Notes under the pieces: model-generated
Told to the model about the DNA's origin: nothing
What the model saw: the letters and a program-made list of their open reading frames with translations, nothing else
The model's database searches: none
Made by a program: the position numbers and the translations under genes
Part shown: piece by piece, positions 1 through 9,209 of the stretch
How the letters are laid out: the number at the start of each line of letters is the position of its first letter
Position numbering within the stretch: position 1 is the stretch's first letter
Assembly (NCBI GenBank): GCA_013001575.1
Contig: JABDMI010000036.1
Span: 1,577 to 65,576, forward strand
DNA length: 64,000 nt
Direction of reading: 5' to 3'
From: Gammaproteobacteria bacterium
Lineage (GTDB): Bacteria; Pseudomonadota; Gammaproteobacteria; Steroidobacterales; JABDMI01

Positions 1-84
1 CACGACCACGGTGATGCTGTCCACGATCATGTCGATGCTGAGTTTGCCGGCGATCATTTACTGGATCATGCAGTGATTCATTGA
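1..84 (+). CDS. 3' end of an upstream CDS (partial), His/Asp-rich C-terminus
   Basis: Frame 1 is open from the window edge to TGA at 82-84 (…HDHGDAVHDHVDAEFAGDHLLDHAVIH*). The tail looks metal-binding, but the fragment is too short to identify. Confidence 0.25.
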   Translation, partial: HDHGDAVHDHVDAEFAGDHLLDHAVIH

Positions 85-1086
85 TCACATTTTCAATACC
101 ACCCGGTAACGCGCCTTGCCATCGGCCAGATGTTGCATGGCTTCATTGACTTTTTCCATTGGATAAACTTCAACCGTGGGCCGGATATCGTGTCGTGCGG
201 CAAACTCGATCATGGTGGCAATGGTGGCGGGACTACCAACCGGTGAAGAAGAAACCGACTTTTGTGCATTCATCAAGGAACCGGCTGTGATTGCGAGCGG
301 CTCTTGCACGGCACCAACAAAGTGCAAGCGGCCTTTGGTCGTCAGGGTGCTGATGTATAAATTCCAGTCCAGTGTCACATTCACCGTTGAGATGATCAGG
401 TCGAATTGACCACGCGCGGCTTTGATCGCTTCCGGGTCGCGCGAGTTAATGGTTTTATGCGCGCCGAGTTCCAAAGCCTGTTGCATTTTGTCTTCTGAAG
501 ACGTAAAGGCCGTTACTTCACAGCCCCATTTGTTCAAAAATCCGAGCGCCATATGCCCCAAACCACCAATGCCGATGACCCCGACCTTACCGGTCGGCTT
601 TAATTCGTAATCATGGATCGGAGTGAACACTGTGATGCCGCCGCAAAATAATGGACCGGCACTTTCCACATCCAGATCATCGGGTAACACAATGGCGCTG
701 GCTGCTTGAACGCGAACCTTGTCAGCAAAACCTCCATGCCGACCGATGATGATGCCTTGCGCCTGGCGGCAGAGATTGTGGTCGCCCTGCATGCATTGTT
801 TACAGCTTAAGCAATATCCTGCGTGCCAACCTATACCAACGCGTTGCCCAACCTTACGTGACGAGACATTGCTGCCGACCTGGCTGATGGTTCCAACCAC
901 TTCGTGTCCGGGCACAAATGGAAACTGGGTAATGCCCCAGTCGTTATTCAGCATGCTCAGATCACTGTGGCAAATTCCACAGTATTCGACCTTCACTTCA
1001 ACATCGTCTTGACCCAGCTCACCTGGATCGTACTCGAATGGCTCCAGTTTTCCACCGGCTTGGTTTGCAGCATAGGCTTTGATCAT
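85..1086 (-). CDS. Zn-dependent NAD(P) alcohol dehydrogenase (YahK / cinnamyl-alcohol-dehydrogenase-like)
   Basis: 333 aa. Carries the catalytic-zinc motif GICHSDLS…GHEVVG, a structural-Zn Cys cluster (CLSCKQCMQGDHNLC) and the Rossmann motif GIGGLGH. Confidence 0.9.
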   Translation of the reverse strand: MIKAYAANQAGGKLEPFEYDPGELGQDDVEVKVEYCGICHSDLSMLNNDWGITQFPFVPGHEVVGTISQVGSNVSSRKVGQRVGIGWHAGYCLSCKQCMQGDHNLCRQAQGIIIGRHGGFADKVRVQAASAIVLPDDLDVESAGPLFCGGITVFTPIHDYELKPTGKVGVIGIGGLGHMALGFLNKWGCEVTAFTSSEDKMQQALELGAHKTINSRDPEAIKAARGQFDLIISTVNVTLDWNLYISTLTTKGRLHFVGAVQEPLAITAGSLMNAQKSVSSSPVGSPATIATMIEFAARHDIRPTVEVYPMEKVNEAMQHLADGKARYRVVLKM

Positions 1087-1101
1087 GAGATTTTCCTGTA
1101 T

Positions 1102-1476
1102 TTATTCTTGATGGTAATTTTCCGGATATTTATCCAGGTCGTATTCAAACCGGTAACTCATACCGGTAATCGAGGTCGGCTTGCCATTGACATGCCTGGG
1201 CGTGTATTGAAACTGATAAATGGCTAATAAAGCGGAAGCGTCGAACACATCCGGCTGACTGCTGCTTGTTATCACCGGATTTATAACCGTGCCTTTATCA
1301 GTGACGGTATAGCGAACCCAGGCCCAGCCTTCAATGCCTTCCGCCAATGCTTTAGGCGGGTAAACGGGTTTCGCTTTTTTAACCATCACCGCCGGTTCAA
1401 TGTTCATGTTCTCTTGCGGAGTTTCGCAAGCCGTTAATACAACAACACAAAAAAGTAATAATATTCGCTTAGACAT
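1102..1476 (-). CDS. TonB C-terminal-domain lipoprotein
   Basis: Likely start is the internal Met (MSKRILLLFCVVVLTAC, lipobox LTAC). The region PVYPPKALAEGIEGWAWVRYTV…G.V matches the TonB_C fold signature. The ORF track extends it to 1494. Confidence 0.6.
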   Translation of the reverse strand: MSKRILLLFCVVVLTACETPQENMNIEPAVMVKKAKPVYPPKALAEGIEGWAWVRYTVTDKGTVINPVITSSSQPDVFDASALLAIYQFQYTPRHVNGKPTSITGMSYRFEYDLDKYPENYHQE

Positions 1477-1528
1477 AGATATGACTTTTAACATTTAGCT
1501 ATTTGTTCCAAAAACTATTCGAAGATAA

Positions 1529-2407
1529 TCAAATATGACTTGTCCAGACTTGAGCATTTTCCAACATCGGAAAGTGTCCCAGGCCTGACAATATGGTTTT
1601 GCGACTGTTCCTGGTCTCGTCGGAAATAACCTGCGCCATTTCCACCACCGCCACCGGATCATCTTCAGCCCATAAAATATGCATTGGCAATTGAGTCTCG
1701 CGCAAAGCTCCTATCCAGCGATCCCAGTGGGTATAGCGTTGATCAATGTATCGGGTCACCCTGGCCAACACTCGCCGGCCGTTATTATGCAACATCATGG
1801 CCCAGATGGCATCGAGTTCTTGGTCATCCACTTTGCTGGCATCGGAATAGATGCGCTGAAAATTGCGTTTAAGCGTGCGCTTGCTGGCCAATCGTGCAAT
1901 CAACGGGCCCACAAAACGACTTTTGAGCAATTTTTGGATCGGGCGTAGTTGCGATAACTCAATATGCATACTGCCATTGCATAAGGTGACATTTTCGATA
2001 GAAATATCCAGTTCCTTATGATTGTGGCGATGGATAATCTCTGTGGCCACGCTGGTGCCGTAGTCGTGCGCCAAGAGGTGCATGCTTTGCACCCCCAATT
2101 GCTTCCAGAGCTCTAAGGCAAAAGAGGCTTGATCGATCAATTGGTACCCGTATGCGACAGGTTTGTCGGATAAACCAAAACCGAGGTGGTCGTGCATGAT
2201 CACGCGATAGTGTTGCCTGAGAATTGGCAAAGCTTTCCAGTAGTCGTAACTGGACGTGGGGTAGCCGTGCAAAATACACAAGACCGGTTTGTCGGTCTCG
2301 CCAGTATCAATAACAAACAACTCATGCCTACCAAGACCGGGTAAGGAAAGCCGATGATATTCACCCATGGCTTGCCAGTCCTGCATAGATGGCGCAGCTG
2401 CGCTCAT
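1529..2407 (-). CDS. alpha/beta-fold hydrolase, Asp-nucleophile (epoxide hydrolase / haloalkane dehalogenase-like) subclass
   Basis: 292 aa. Has the HGYPTSSYDYW oxyanion motif (HGxP). The nucleophile elbow reads AHDYGT (Asp) rather than GxSxG. Confidence 0.85.
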   Translation of the reverse strand: MSAAAPSMQDWQAMGEYHRLSLPGLGRHELFVIDTGETDKPVLCILHGYPTSSYDYWKALPILRQHYRVIMHDHLGFGLSDKPVAYGYQLIDQASFALELWKQLGVQSMHLLAHDYGTSVATEIIHRHNHKELDISIENVTLCNGSMHIELSQLRPIQKLLKSRFVGPLIARLASKRTLKRNFQRIYSDASKVDDQELDAIWAMMLHNNGRRVLARVTRYIDQRYTHWDRWIGALRETQLPMHILWAEDDPVAVVEMAQVISDETRNSRKTILSGLGHFPMLENAQVWTSHI

Positions 2408-2946
2408 AACAAAAGGTCTTTTTTCAGATAATGAATAATGTCATGTTTTTTATTGTGCTTGTCAATCCAGGCCTTGAGCTTGGTGATGGTTTTAAAATCT
2501 TGCTCGCCTAATTGATCTTCCAGCTTTACCAAATAATCTTGTTGGAATTCTTGTTCACGAATACGCACTTGCCAGGGCGTGTTAAAAATTACCGTGAAAT
2601 GATCCTTGATGCCCAGATCCTCAAGCATTTTCCATTCACCATTATCAAACCACACATCGCCGCAGTCCTTGCACAAGTCGATCTGATTATCCACCTTGGA
2701 AGAAAAACGGTATTTGGTCATCAATTTGTAGCATTTCGGGCATGTGATGACCTGTTTGGTGTTTTTAACTTCTTGTAATTCGTGCTGAGTATCGGTTTTA
2801 GTGAACTCCGGCTGACGATCCAGCCAGTCGCGATAGGACAATATACTAACCAAAACCCCGCGGCAATCCACGCACGACATGGCGGGTAATCCGTACTCCA
2901 AACGCACTGGGACCATTTTTTGCTGTATGCATGCAGGACATTTCAC
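2404..2946 (-). CDS. double zinc-ribbon protein (TFIIB-type zinc ribbon family), function unknown
   Basis: 180 aa with two CPxC…CxxC modules (CPACI…CVDCRG and CPKCY…CKDCGDVWFDNGEW). Its stop overlaps the start of the downstream hydrolase by 4 nt. Confidence 0.6.
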   Translation of the reverse strand: MKCPACIQQKMVPVRLEYGLPAMSCVDCRGVLVSILSYRDWLDRQPEFTKTDTQHELQEVKNTKQVITCPKCYKLMTKYRFSSKVDNQIDLCKDCGDVWFDNGEWKMLEDLGIKDHFTVIFNTPWQVRIREQEFQQDYLVKLEDQLGEQDFKTITKLKAWIDKHNKKHDIIHYLKKDLLL

Positions 2947-3071
2947 GTTTACTCTCCCTTATTCACGGTATTTTTGAGTATCAATATTCACTCACTATAA
3001 GCAAAAATCCGTATAATTTCCAAATCATTTTTACTTGACTAAAAAAAACGGAACATTCAGGAGTTAATCAC

Positions 3072-3932
3072 ATGCGACCATGGCTATATTCCATTCTAAT
3101 TCTTACTCTGCTGTTGAGCGCTTGTGGTAAAAACGAGCCGGCAAAAACCGAGTACATTGAAAGCACCCCGAAAGTCATCACCATTCGCGAGTCATTGCAA
3201 ATGGCTATTGATGGTGAGCATCGCTCCGACAAAAATCGTGCACGTGACCAGTATCGACATCCTGCCGCAACCCTGGAATTTTTCGGGGTTAAACCCGAAT
3301 CCACGGTGGTTGAGCTATGGCCCGGCAGTGGCTGGTATTCGGAGATCTTGGGGCCGTATTTACGCGACAAAGGAACCTTTTATGCCGCAAGTTTTGGCAA
3401 TGTCAAAGAACCGGAGTATCGCGGGCGTTTACACAATAGTCTACTGAACAAATTCGCCACAGCTACCGAAGTTTATGGCAAACCCAATGTCACCACGCTT
3501 AATCCACCATTACAAACCTTGTTGGCACCATCCAATACAGCCGACTTTGTTCTGACATTCCGCAATGTACATAACTGGACCAAAGGCGAAGTGGATAAAA
3601 AAGTTTTCCAGGCTGCTTATCAGGCTCTTAAACCCGGTGGCGTATTCGGCGTGGTCGAACATCGTGCCCCCGAAGGTCGTGCGGTTGAAGATATGATGAC
3701 CTCGGGTTACATGACCGAATCCTACGTGATCGAACTGGCTGAAAGTGTTGGATTTAAACTCGCGGGTAAGTCTGAAGTGAACGCCAATCCAAAAGATACT
3801 GCCGAGCATGAAAAAGGTGTCTGGACACTGCCACCAAGTTTACGTTTGAAGGATGTGGATCGAGACAAGTATCTGGCGATTGGTGAAAGTGATCGCATGA
3901 CCTTGAAGTTTGTGAAACCGGCGAAGATGTAA
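3072..3932 (+). CDS. class I SAM-dependent methyltransferase, lipoprotein
   Basis: Signal peptide with lipobox (LLLSAC). VVELWPGSGWYSE resembles SAM motif I and LKPGGVFGVVEH resembles the post-I/II motifs. Confidence 0.75.
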   Translation: MRPWLYSILILTLLLSACGKNEPAKTEYIESTPKVITIRESLQMAIDGEHRSDKNRARDQYRHPAATLEFFGVKPESTVVELWPGSGWYSEILGPYLRDKGTFYAASFGNVKEPEYRGRLHNSLLNKFATATEVYGKPNVTTLNPPLQTLLAPSNTADFVLTFRNVHNWTKGEVDKKVFQAAYQALKPGGVFGVVEHRAPEGRAVEDMMTSGYMTESYVIELAESVGFKLAGKSEVNANPKDTAEHEKGVWTLPPSLRLKDVDRDKYLAIGESDRMTLKFVKPAKM

Positions 3933-3953
3933 TTGCTTGATGCCTTTGTTTCT

Positions 3954-4736
3954 TCATACTCTTCCATAAAAAGTCATTCTTGCTGATTTGGATAAGGCAA
4001 TTCCTGGCTCCGAGTTATAGGCTAGCACAACCAACATTCGTGTTGTTTCGCCTATAACCGGGGTTACACGATGCATTGCATTGCGACCTCGAAACAATAA
4101 TAAAGTACCTGCTTTCAAGCTTAATTTTTTCGCAGTAATTTCACCATCCAAAACCCTGGTAGCGATTGCATAATTCACATCTCCCGCATCTGCATCACGT
4201 ACATCTTTAACATACTCAAACTCACCGCCACTTTGCGGTTCCTGAATTAATAAAGTAATCGCGAATGATGAATTATCAAAATGCCATCCCAATTGCTGTC
4301 CTTTATCCGCATAATGCAAGTTGATGGATGACATCGAATCGGCATAAGGATGCAAAGCCTTTTCATTCAAAACCGAACACAGAAAGCTCTTGAATTCATT
4401 GGAGTTATACAATAAATGCAAGCACGAGTCTTGCGGGATCTGGTCGGTGGTAATACACCCTTTGGTGGAAGTTATTTGCCGGTTTCGAGGATGCCGGTCT
4501 GGAAAGTTTGAATCTGGCTCGGATAAATAAATATTATGCGTGCGTTCTGAAAAGTACGCTAAATGCTGTTGTTGCAAGCCTTCACGTCGAATTGATTCGA
4601 TCGAATTCCTGGTCAGAAAATCAGGTAACAACAATACACCATTTTTATCGAGAATATTTTTACACTCCACCTGAAAATCCGCATCACTCAGTGGGTGTTT
4701 TATAACATTTACAACATTTTGTAAGGAATTGGTCAT
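3954..4736 (-). CDS. Fe(II)/2-oxoglutarate-dependent oxygenase (hydroxylase-type HxD triad)
   Basis: 260 aa. WHFDN supplies the HxD, AMHRVTP a distal His, and LLLFRGRN a 2OG-binding Arg context. Confidence 0.6.
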   Translation of the reverse strand: MTNSLQNVVNVIKHPLSDADFQVECKNILDKNGVLLLPDFLTRNSIESIRREGLQQQHLAYFSERTHNIYLSEPDSNFPDRHPRNRQITSTKGCITTDQIPQDSCLHLLYNSNEFKSFLCSVLNEKALHPYADSMSSINLHYADKGQQLGWHFDNSSFAITLLIQEPQSGGEFEYVKDVRDADAGDVNYAIATRVLDGEITAKKLSLKAGTLLLFRGRNAMHRVTPVIGETTRMLVVLAYNSEPGIALSKSARMTFYGRV

Positions 4737-4742
4737 GTAAGT

Positions 4743-6482
4743 TTAAGGTGTAATTATCTCGTTCCCATGCACAAAGGTTTTTTGCACTTTTATATCCTTT
4801 ATTTTTTCCAAGGGAACTGCGTAAGGATCAGCGTCCACTACAATAAAATCAGCGTACTTTCCTTGCTCCAATGAACCGATCTTATTTTCCATGCCAATTT
4901 GCCAGGCTGCTTGAATGGTCATGGCTTTTAATGCCGAATCGACCTGAATTGAATGCTCAATACCAATAGTTGTGCCCTCTTTGGTTTTGCGTTCTATTGC
5001 GGTTTGCATTAAATGAAAGGGCTTACTTTCAAACATGGGTTGATCGGCGTGCATGGAATACTGCATACCAATACCCTGTGCAAATGCGATTGGTAACATT
5101 GCTCCAGCACGCCTTGTACCGAGAATATCTTGTTGCAAGGCTTGGCCGTAATAATACAAATGATTGGTGTGAAAATTCGCGCTCATGCCCATATTGTGTA
5201 ATTCATTCAGACTGTCAGTCGAGATCATTAAAGCGTGTTCAATCCGATGTCTGCCACTGGTGACATCCATAGTTTGATTCACATCTGCAAAAGCCTGTAC
5301 TACCTCGTGATTGGCCTGATCACCCTGGGCGTGTACGGCAATTTGCCAGCCTTGTTGATGATATTGTTTTATGAAGTTCTGTAACTCACCAGGGGCAAGC
5401 AATGCCTTACCCGCGTAACCTGGTGCTATATGCAAGCCGTTTCGGGTTAAGTCTGAGTCCAAATACGGTTTTTGCAAATACATGGAACCGGTATACGGTG
5501 AACCGTCGTACCAATGTTTTACCCCGAGAATATTGTAAAAATCATTCTCGGTTTTATTCTCGGGCAATAATTCAACCCGGTCGTGCCGCATATAAAGAAA
5601 ATGTCGTGGATTGGCTTCTCGTTCGGGTAAAAAACCCAACTTGCTTAGGAGTTGATTCAAAAAAACCGGTTTTTGGTCAGAGAGATGCTGATACAAACGC
5701 AAAGGCTTGGCATTGGTAATACTGATACCGGCGGAGACCACGGTGGTGTTACCGTTTTGGGCGTAGCCTTGCATGACTTTTACCGTGGAATCCAGTAACA
5801 CACTTGAAGTAAGGGCTTCCTTCAGCATGATCTCGTAAAAAGGTAATAAGGCTTCTTGCTCAACGATCAAACCGGTCAAATTCCCCTGCGAGTCTTTTTC
5901 GTAATAACTGGACTCACTGGGACTGACGGTATCACGGCTAATTTCTGCTTTCTCAAAGGCCAGCGAATTAGCCCAATAGGTATGCAAACTTTGCGACAGG
6001 ATCATTACCGGATTATCTGGCGCAAGTGCATCCAGGAACTGAATATCGGGCGTTTGCAGATCAGCAACTAAAATGGGATCCAGGCCTTTACAGATTATCC
6101 ATTCACCGGGTTCATAGTTTGCGACTTCTTGTTTTAAATATGCCCATACTGCCCGATCACTGGAATGTGTGAAACCGGACAAATCTACCATGGATTCCAG
6201 GAATGAAGACAAGGCGACATGGGAATGACTATCAATAAACCCGGGAAGAACTGTCGCACCCTCCAGGTCAACGCGATTTTTAAAATGTTCGGACGGTATC
6301 GAATCACCAATTTCTATAATCAGTCCATTTTCTACCACCATTGATTCAGCACGCGGCATTTCATCATTCAGGGTTATGATGTTTCCATTGTAGTAATAAG
6401 TGAGTGCTGCTTTGTTAAAGTCTTGTGCAAGCCAAAAATAAGCGGCGATTAGTACAAGTAATAGAAGCAGGATTTTTTTCAT
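4743..6482 (-). CDS. amidohydrolase family 3 metal-dependent hydrolase, N-terminal membrane anchor or signal
   Basis: 579 aa. Hydrophobic N-terminus (MKKILLLLLVLIAAYFW), the metal motif GFIDSHSHV, and HAQGD / HADQ later in the sequence. Confidence 0.85.
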   Translation of the reverse strand: MKKILLLLLVLIAAYFWLAQDFNKAALTYYYNGNIITLNDEMPRAESMVVENGLIIEIGDSIPSEHFKNRVDLEGATVLPGFIDSHSHVALSSFLESMVDLSGFTHSSDRAVWAYLKQEVANYEPGEWIICKGLDPILVADLQTPDIQFLDALAPDNPVMILSQSLHTYWANSLAFEKAEISRDTVSPSESSYYEKDSQGNLTGLIVEQEALLPFYEIMLKEALTSSVLLDSTVKVMQGYAQNGNTTVVSAGISITNAKPLRLYQHLSDQKPVFLNQLLSKLGFLPEREANPRHFLYMRHDRVELLPENKTENDFYNILGVKHWYDGSPYTGSMYLQKPYLDSDLTRNGLHIAPGYAGKALLAPGELQNFIKQYHQQGWQIAVHAQGDQANHEVVQAFADVNQTMDVTSGRHRIEHALMISTDSLNELHNMGMSANFHTNHLYYYGQALQQDILGTRRAGAMLPIAFAQGIGMQYSMHADQPMFESKPFHLMQTAIERKTKEGTTIGIEHSIQVDSALKAMTIQAAWQIGMENKIGSLEQGKYADFIVVDADPYAVPLEKIKDIKVQKTFVHGNEIITP

Positions 6483-6564
6483 CGTTGTAATTTCATAAAA
6501 TCTTGATAATAAATTTATACAAAAACGTCACCGAAAACGTTGGTCAACCACTTGCACTCATTGC

Positions 6565-6978
6565 TTATGCGGCTGCTTCAATCTCTATTTCCACCATCAA
6601 CTCTGGAAGCACCAGGCGATTAACACCCAACAAACTTTGGGGTGGACGAGTTCCTGCCGGGGCTATCCATTCAGCATACACATCGTAATTAGCCAGGAAT
6701 CCATCGATATCCGTTGTATAGAATCTGAGTGCGACTATATTGGCTTTTTCCATTCCAGCTTTTTCCAATATGGCATCCACATTCCGCAAGCTGTGTTGCA
6801 TTTGACCACGAATATCATTTGGCGATACGACAGCAAAACCCAGCTCGGTATCGGGAGCTGGATCGACCGAGACCTGACCTGAGCATCTGAGATGTTTGCT
6901 TGTGCCTTCCACAATTTCGCCTTGATCCATACTGAATTGAAGACCCCAATCGACCGGATTGATAGATGTGCGTTGCAT
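6565..6978 (-). CDS. RidA/YjgF-family reactive-intermediate deaminase-like protein
   Basis: 137 aa. Family-typical C-terminus (…RPPQSLLGVNRLVLPELMVEIEIEAA) and central region (QMQHSLRNVDAILEKAG). Confidence 0.8.
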   Translation of the reverse strand: MQRTSINPVDWGLQFSMDQGEIVEGTSKHLRCSGQVSVDPAPDTELGFAVVSPNDIRGQMQHSLRNVDAILEKAGMEKANIVALRFYTTDIDGFLANYDVYAEWIAPAGTRPPQSLLGVNRLVLPELMVEIEIEAAA

Positions 6979-7053
6979 AAGTAATTCTCCTGTTGTTCAT
7001 TTAATCTAAGCTGGTCAAACAGTAGCATGATCTCTTAAATGCTTAAACCGGTT

Positions 7054-8397
7054 TTATTTACGATAACTTTCTCGTAACAATTCCGGAACATTACTTGCAT
7101 CGGTCTCAAAGCCATTAGCGCCTTTTACGCCAAAGATAGCAACTGGCTGGAACATCGCTGTTTCCAAAGCCAGATCGCACAGATCCTCTGCCGATAAGGT
7201 TGGTCGCCCGGCCCGCTCTCGGAGTTCGATGTCCATGTGTTCGATGCCGTCAAAAGCGCGATACATAAGCTCAGTACACACCAGACGGTCGGAACGGAAA
7301 AAGTCAAAATCAAAGTTATATTGTTTGCCTTCATGCACCACGATCCGCTCGATCGCCTGTTTGATGCCATTTTGCGAAATAGTCGGACGCAAGATCACAA
7401 AACCATCTACGGCCAGAGTATTTTCCAATGGCCGAAACAACACCCCGTCTTTTAAGGCTTCAAAGGTGCATTTATTGCCGTTCCAGCGCTTTTGCACGCG
7501 AGCATCCAGTTCAATCTTATAGGCCTCGCGCTCTTTATCCGAACCGACGAACAAGGCGGCGTGCGGCCAATAACCGGGTAACAGAAAATTGGTTAATGCC
7601 ATGCGATGCCGGGTAACCAACACGTCACCCGGCAGCAAGATTTCACGCGCCTGGGCACGAATTCGCTCATCCACGCGATTAAGTTTAGGATTATTGATCT
7701 CGGAAAAAACCCGACCCGAGGCTTCCAGGATCTTGAACTGGGTGTGTTGTCTAATGGTCGCGCCACGTCGTTTGACCGCGTGTCGTAAAAAATGATGGGC
7801 GCGTTTTAAATACTGTTGTTTGCTTGGATCAAGATAGCCGCGATAACGCCAGATATTATCCACAAATTGTCCAACGTCCTTATCCTGAGCCAGACGCTTG
7901 ATCTTACTGCGCTCCTTGGCGGCAAAATTCATCACCATCAACATGCGCTGCGCATTATCGATATCAATAAAGGACTCGAATATGTGGGTGTATTGTTTTC
8001 GCGCCACATTCAAATGTGGAATGCCCTCGTTAAGTTTGCGCTGGATAAACGTGTGGGTAGCGAATTGTTCGAGTAAAAAACGATCCAGCCGTACCACATG
8101 ACATGCCGTGACATAGCCGATCACAAACATTTGATACTCTTCGTAGGTAGACAGATTTTTCAGGCCCACGGTGACTTCTTCGTGTGCGGTATCAATAATG
8201 TCCCACAGATTGCCACGGATGGTCAGAAACTTGGCAAACCATTCTGTTATGCGTTCGTCTTGTTCAGGCCGAAAATATTTGGCCTCAATGATCAGCTGCA
8301 ACTCCTGTGGCGCAATGGCATCTTGCTCAACTTCGGGCACCAGCTCGATCAGGGATGCCAGAGTGCGTGACAATTGCGCTATACGTGCCGGATCCAC
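7054..8397 (-). CDS. YiiX/permuted-papain (C92-like) domain protein with an uncharacterised ~270-aa helical N-terminal domain
   Basis: 447 aa. The C-terminal part has, in permuted His-then-Cys order, LLPGDVLVTR…WPHAALFVG…GKQYNFDFDFF…LVCTELMYRAF. The GTG start at 8397 directly follows the hutG TGA (8400-8398). Confidence 0.5.
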   Translation of the reverse strand: MDPARIAQLSRTLASLIELVPEVEQDAIAPQELQLIIEAKYFRPEQDERITEWFAKFLTIRGNLWDIIDTAHEEVTVGLKNLSTYEEYQMFVIGYVTACHVVRLDRFLLEQFATHTFIQRKLNEGIPHLNVARKQYTHIFESFIDIDNAQRMLMVMNFAAKERSKIKRLAQDKDVGQFVDNIWRYRGYLDPSKQQYLKRAHHFLRHAVKRRGATIRQHTQFKILEASGRVFSEINNPKLNRVDERIRAQAREILLPGDVLVTRHRMALTNFLLPGYWPHAALFVGSDKEREAYKIELDARVQKRWNGNKCTFEALKDGVLFRPLENTLAVDGFVILRPTISQNGIKQAIERIVVHEGKQYNFDFDFFRSDRLVCTELMYRAFDGIEHMDIELRERAGRPTLSAEDLCDLALETAMFQPVAIFGVKGANGFETDASNVPELLRESYRK

Positions 8398-9201
8398 TCA
8401 GTGCTCCAATGATTCCAGCAGCGCAACAAACAGAGCCTCAAGACGTGTCTTGGCTTGAATGAAGCGTTGTGACTGAACAGCTAGCTGTGCATCACCTGCG
8501 TGTTCGGACTGCATATACACTTCCTGATTCATTTCTATTTGTAGCGCTTCAACGTTTGCGTCCTGCCCATAGTGATGGGTAATGTAACCGCCTTTGTATG
8601 GTTGGTTCTTTTGCACACTGAATTTGTGCTGCATAAATTCATCCGCAATCATTTGGGTCCATTGCCCGGAACAACTGTTTCCATCGCGATCGCCCAGATA
8701 AATATCTTTATCCAGTTCGGCGTGGATTAGGGTTGCCGACTTGGCAATACTGTGCAGATCGAACAAATACACTTTCCCATGCGCTTGCTGAAGACTTGTC
8801 AGGCATTGCTGCAAGGCACGGTGGTAAGGCACATGCACTTGTTGCGTATACAGATCTATTTGTTGTTGTGACGGATAACTGGAAAAGATGGATCGCCCCT
8901 GAAAATCTGAATCGGCGACCAATTTGGTCTCGAACCGACCCGGGTACAATTCCAATGGGAGGGGTGAGCGATTCATATCAATAACATAGCGACTGACATT
9001 CGCGGCGACCACACTTACCCCTAGACCTGGTAAAAAGTCGTATAGATGATACAAAAACCAATCGGTCATGGGCAAATGCGCCACGCTTTTATTCGCAAAC
9101 AAGACCCGGATGTCATCTGGTACATAGGTGCCGGAATGCGGAATACTCGCAAGCACGGGAAGTGCGGGTCCGACTGGCTGGGTCAAGGTAAAAGCTTGCA
9201 C
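8398..9201 (-). CDS. hutG: N-formylglutamate amidohydrolase
   Basis: 267 aa. FGase-family N-terminus (LASIPHSGTYVPDD). Lies 8 nt downstream of hutF inside a hut cluster. Confidence 0.85.
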   Translation of the reverse strand: MQAFTLTQPVGPALPVLASIPHSGTYVPDDIRVLFANKSVAHLPMTDWFLYHLYDFLPGLGVSVVAANVSRYVIDMNRSPLPLELYPGRFETKLVADSDFQGRSIFSSYPSQQQIDLYTQQVHVPYHRALQQCLTSLQQAHGKVYLFDLHSIAKSATLIHAELDKDIYLGDRDGNSCSGQWTQMIADEFMQHKFSVQKNQPYKGGYITHHYGQDANVEALQIEMNQEVYMQSEHAGDAQLAVQSQRFIQAKTRLEALFVALLESLEH

Positions 9202-9209
9202 AGTTTTCC

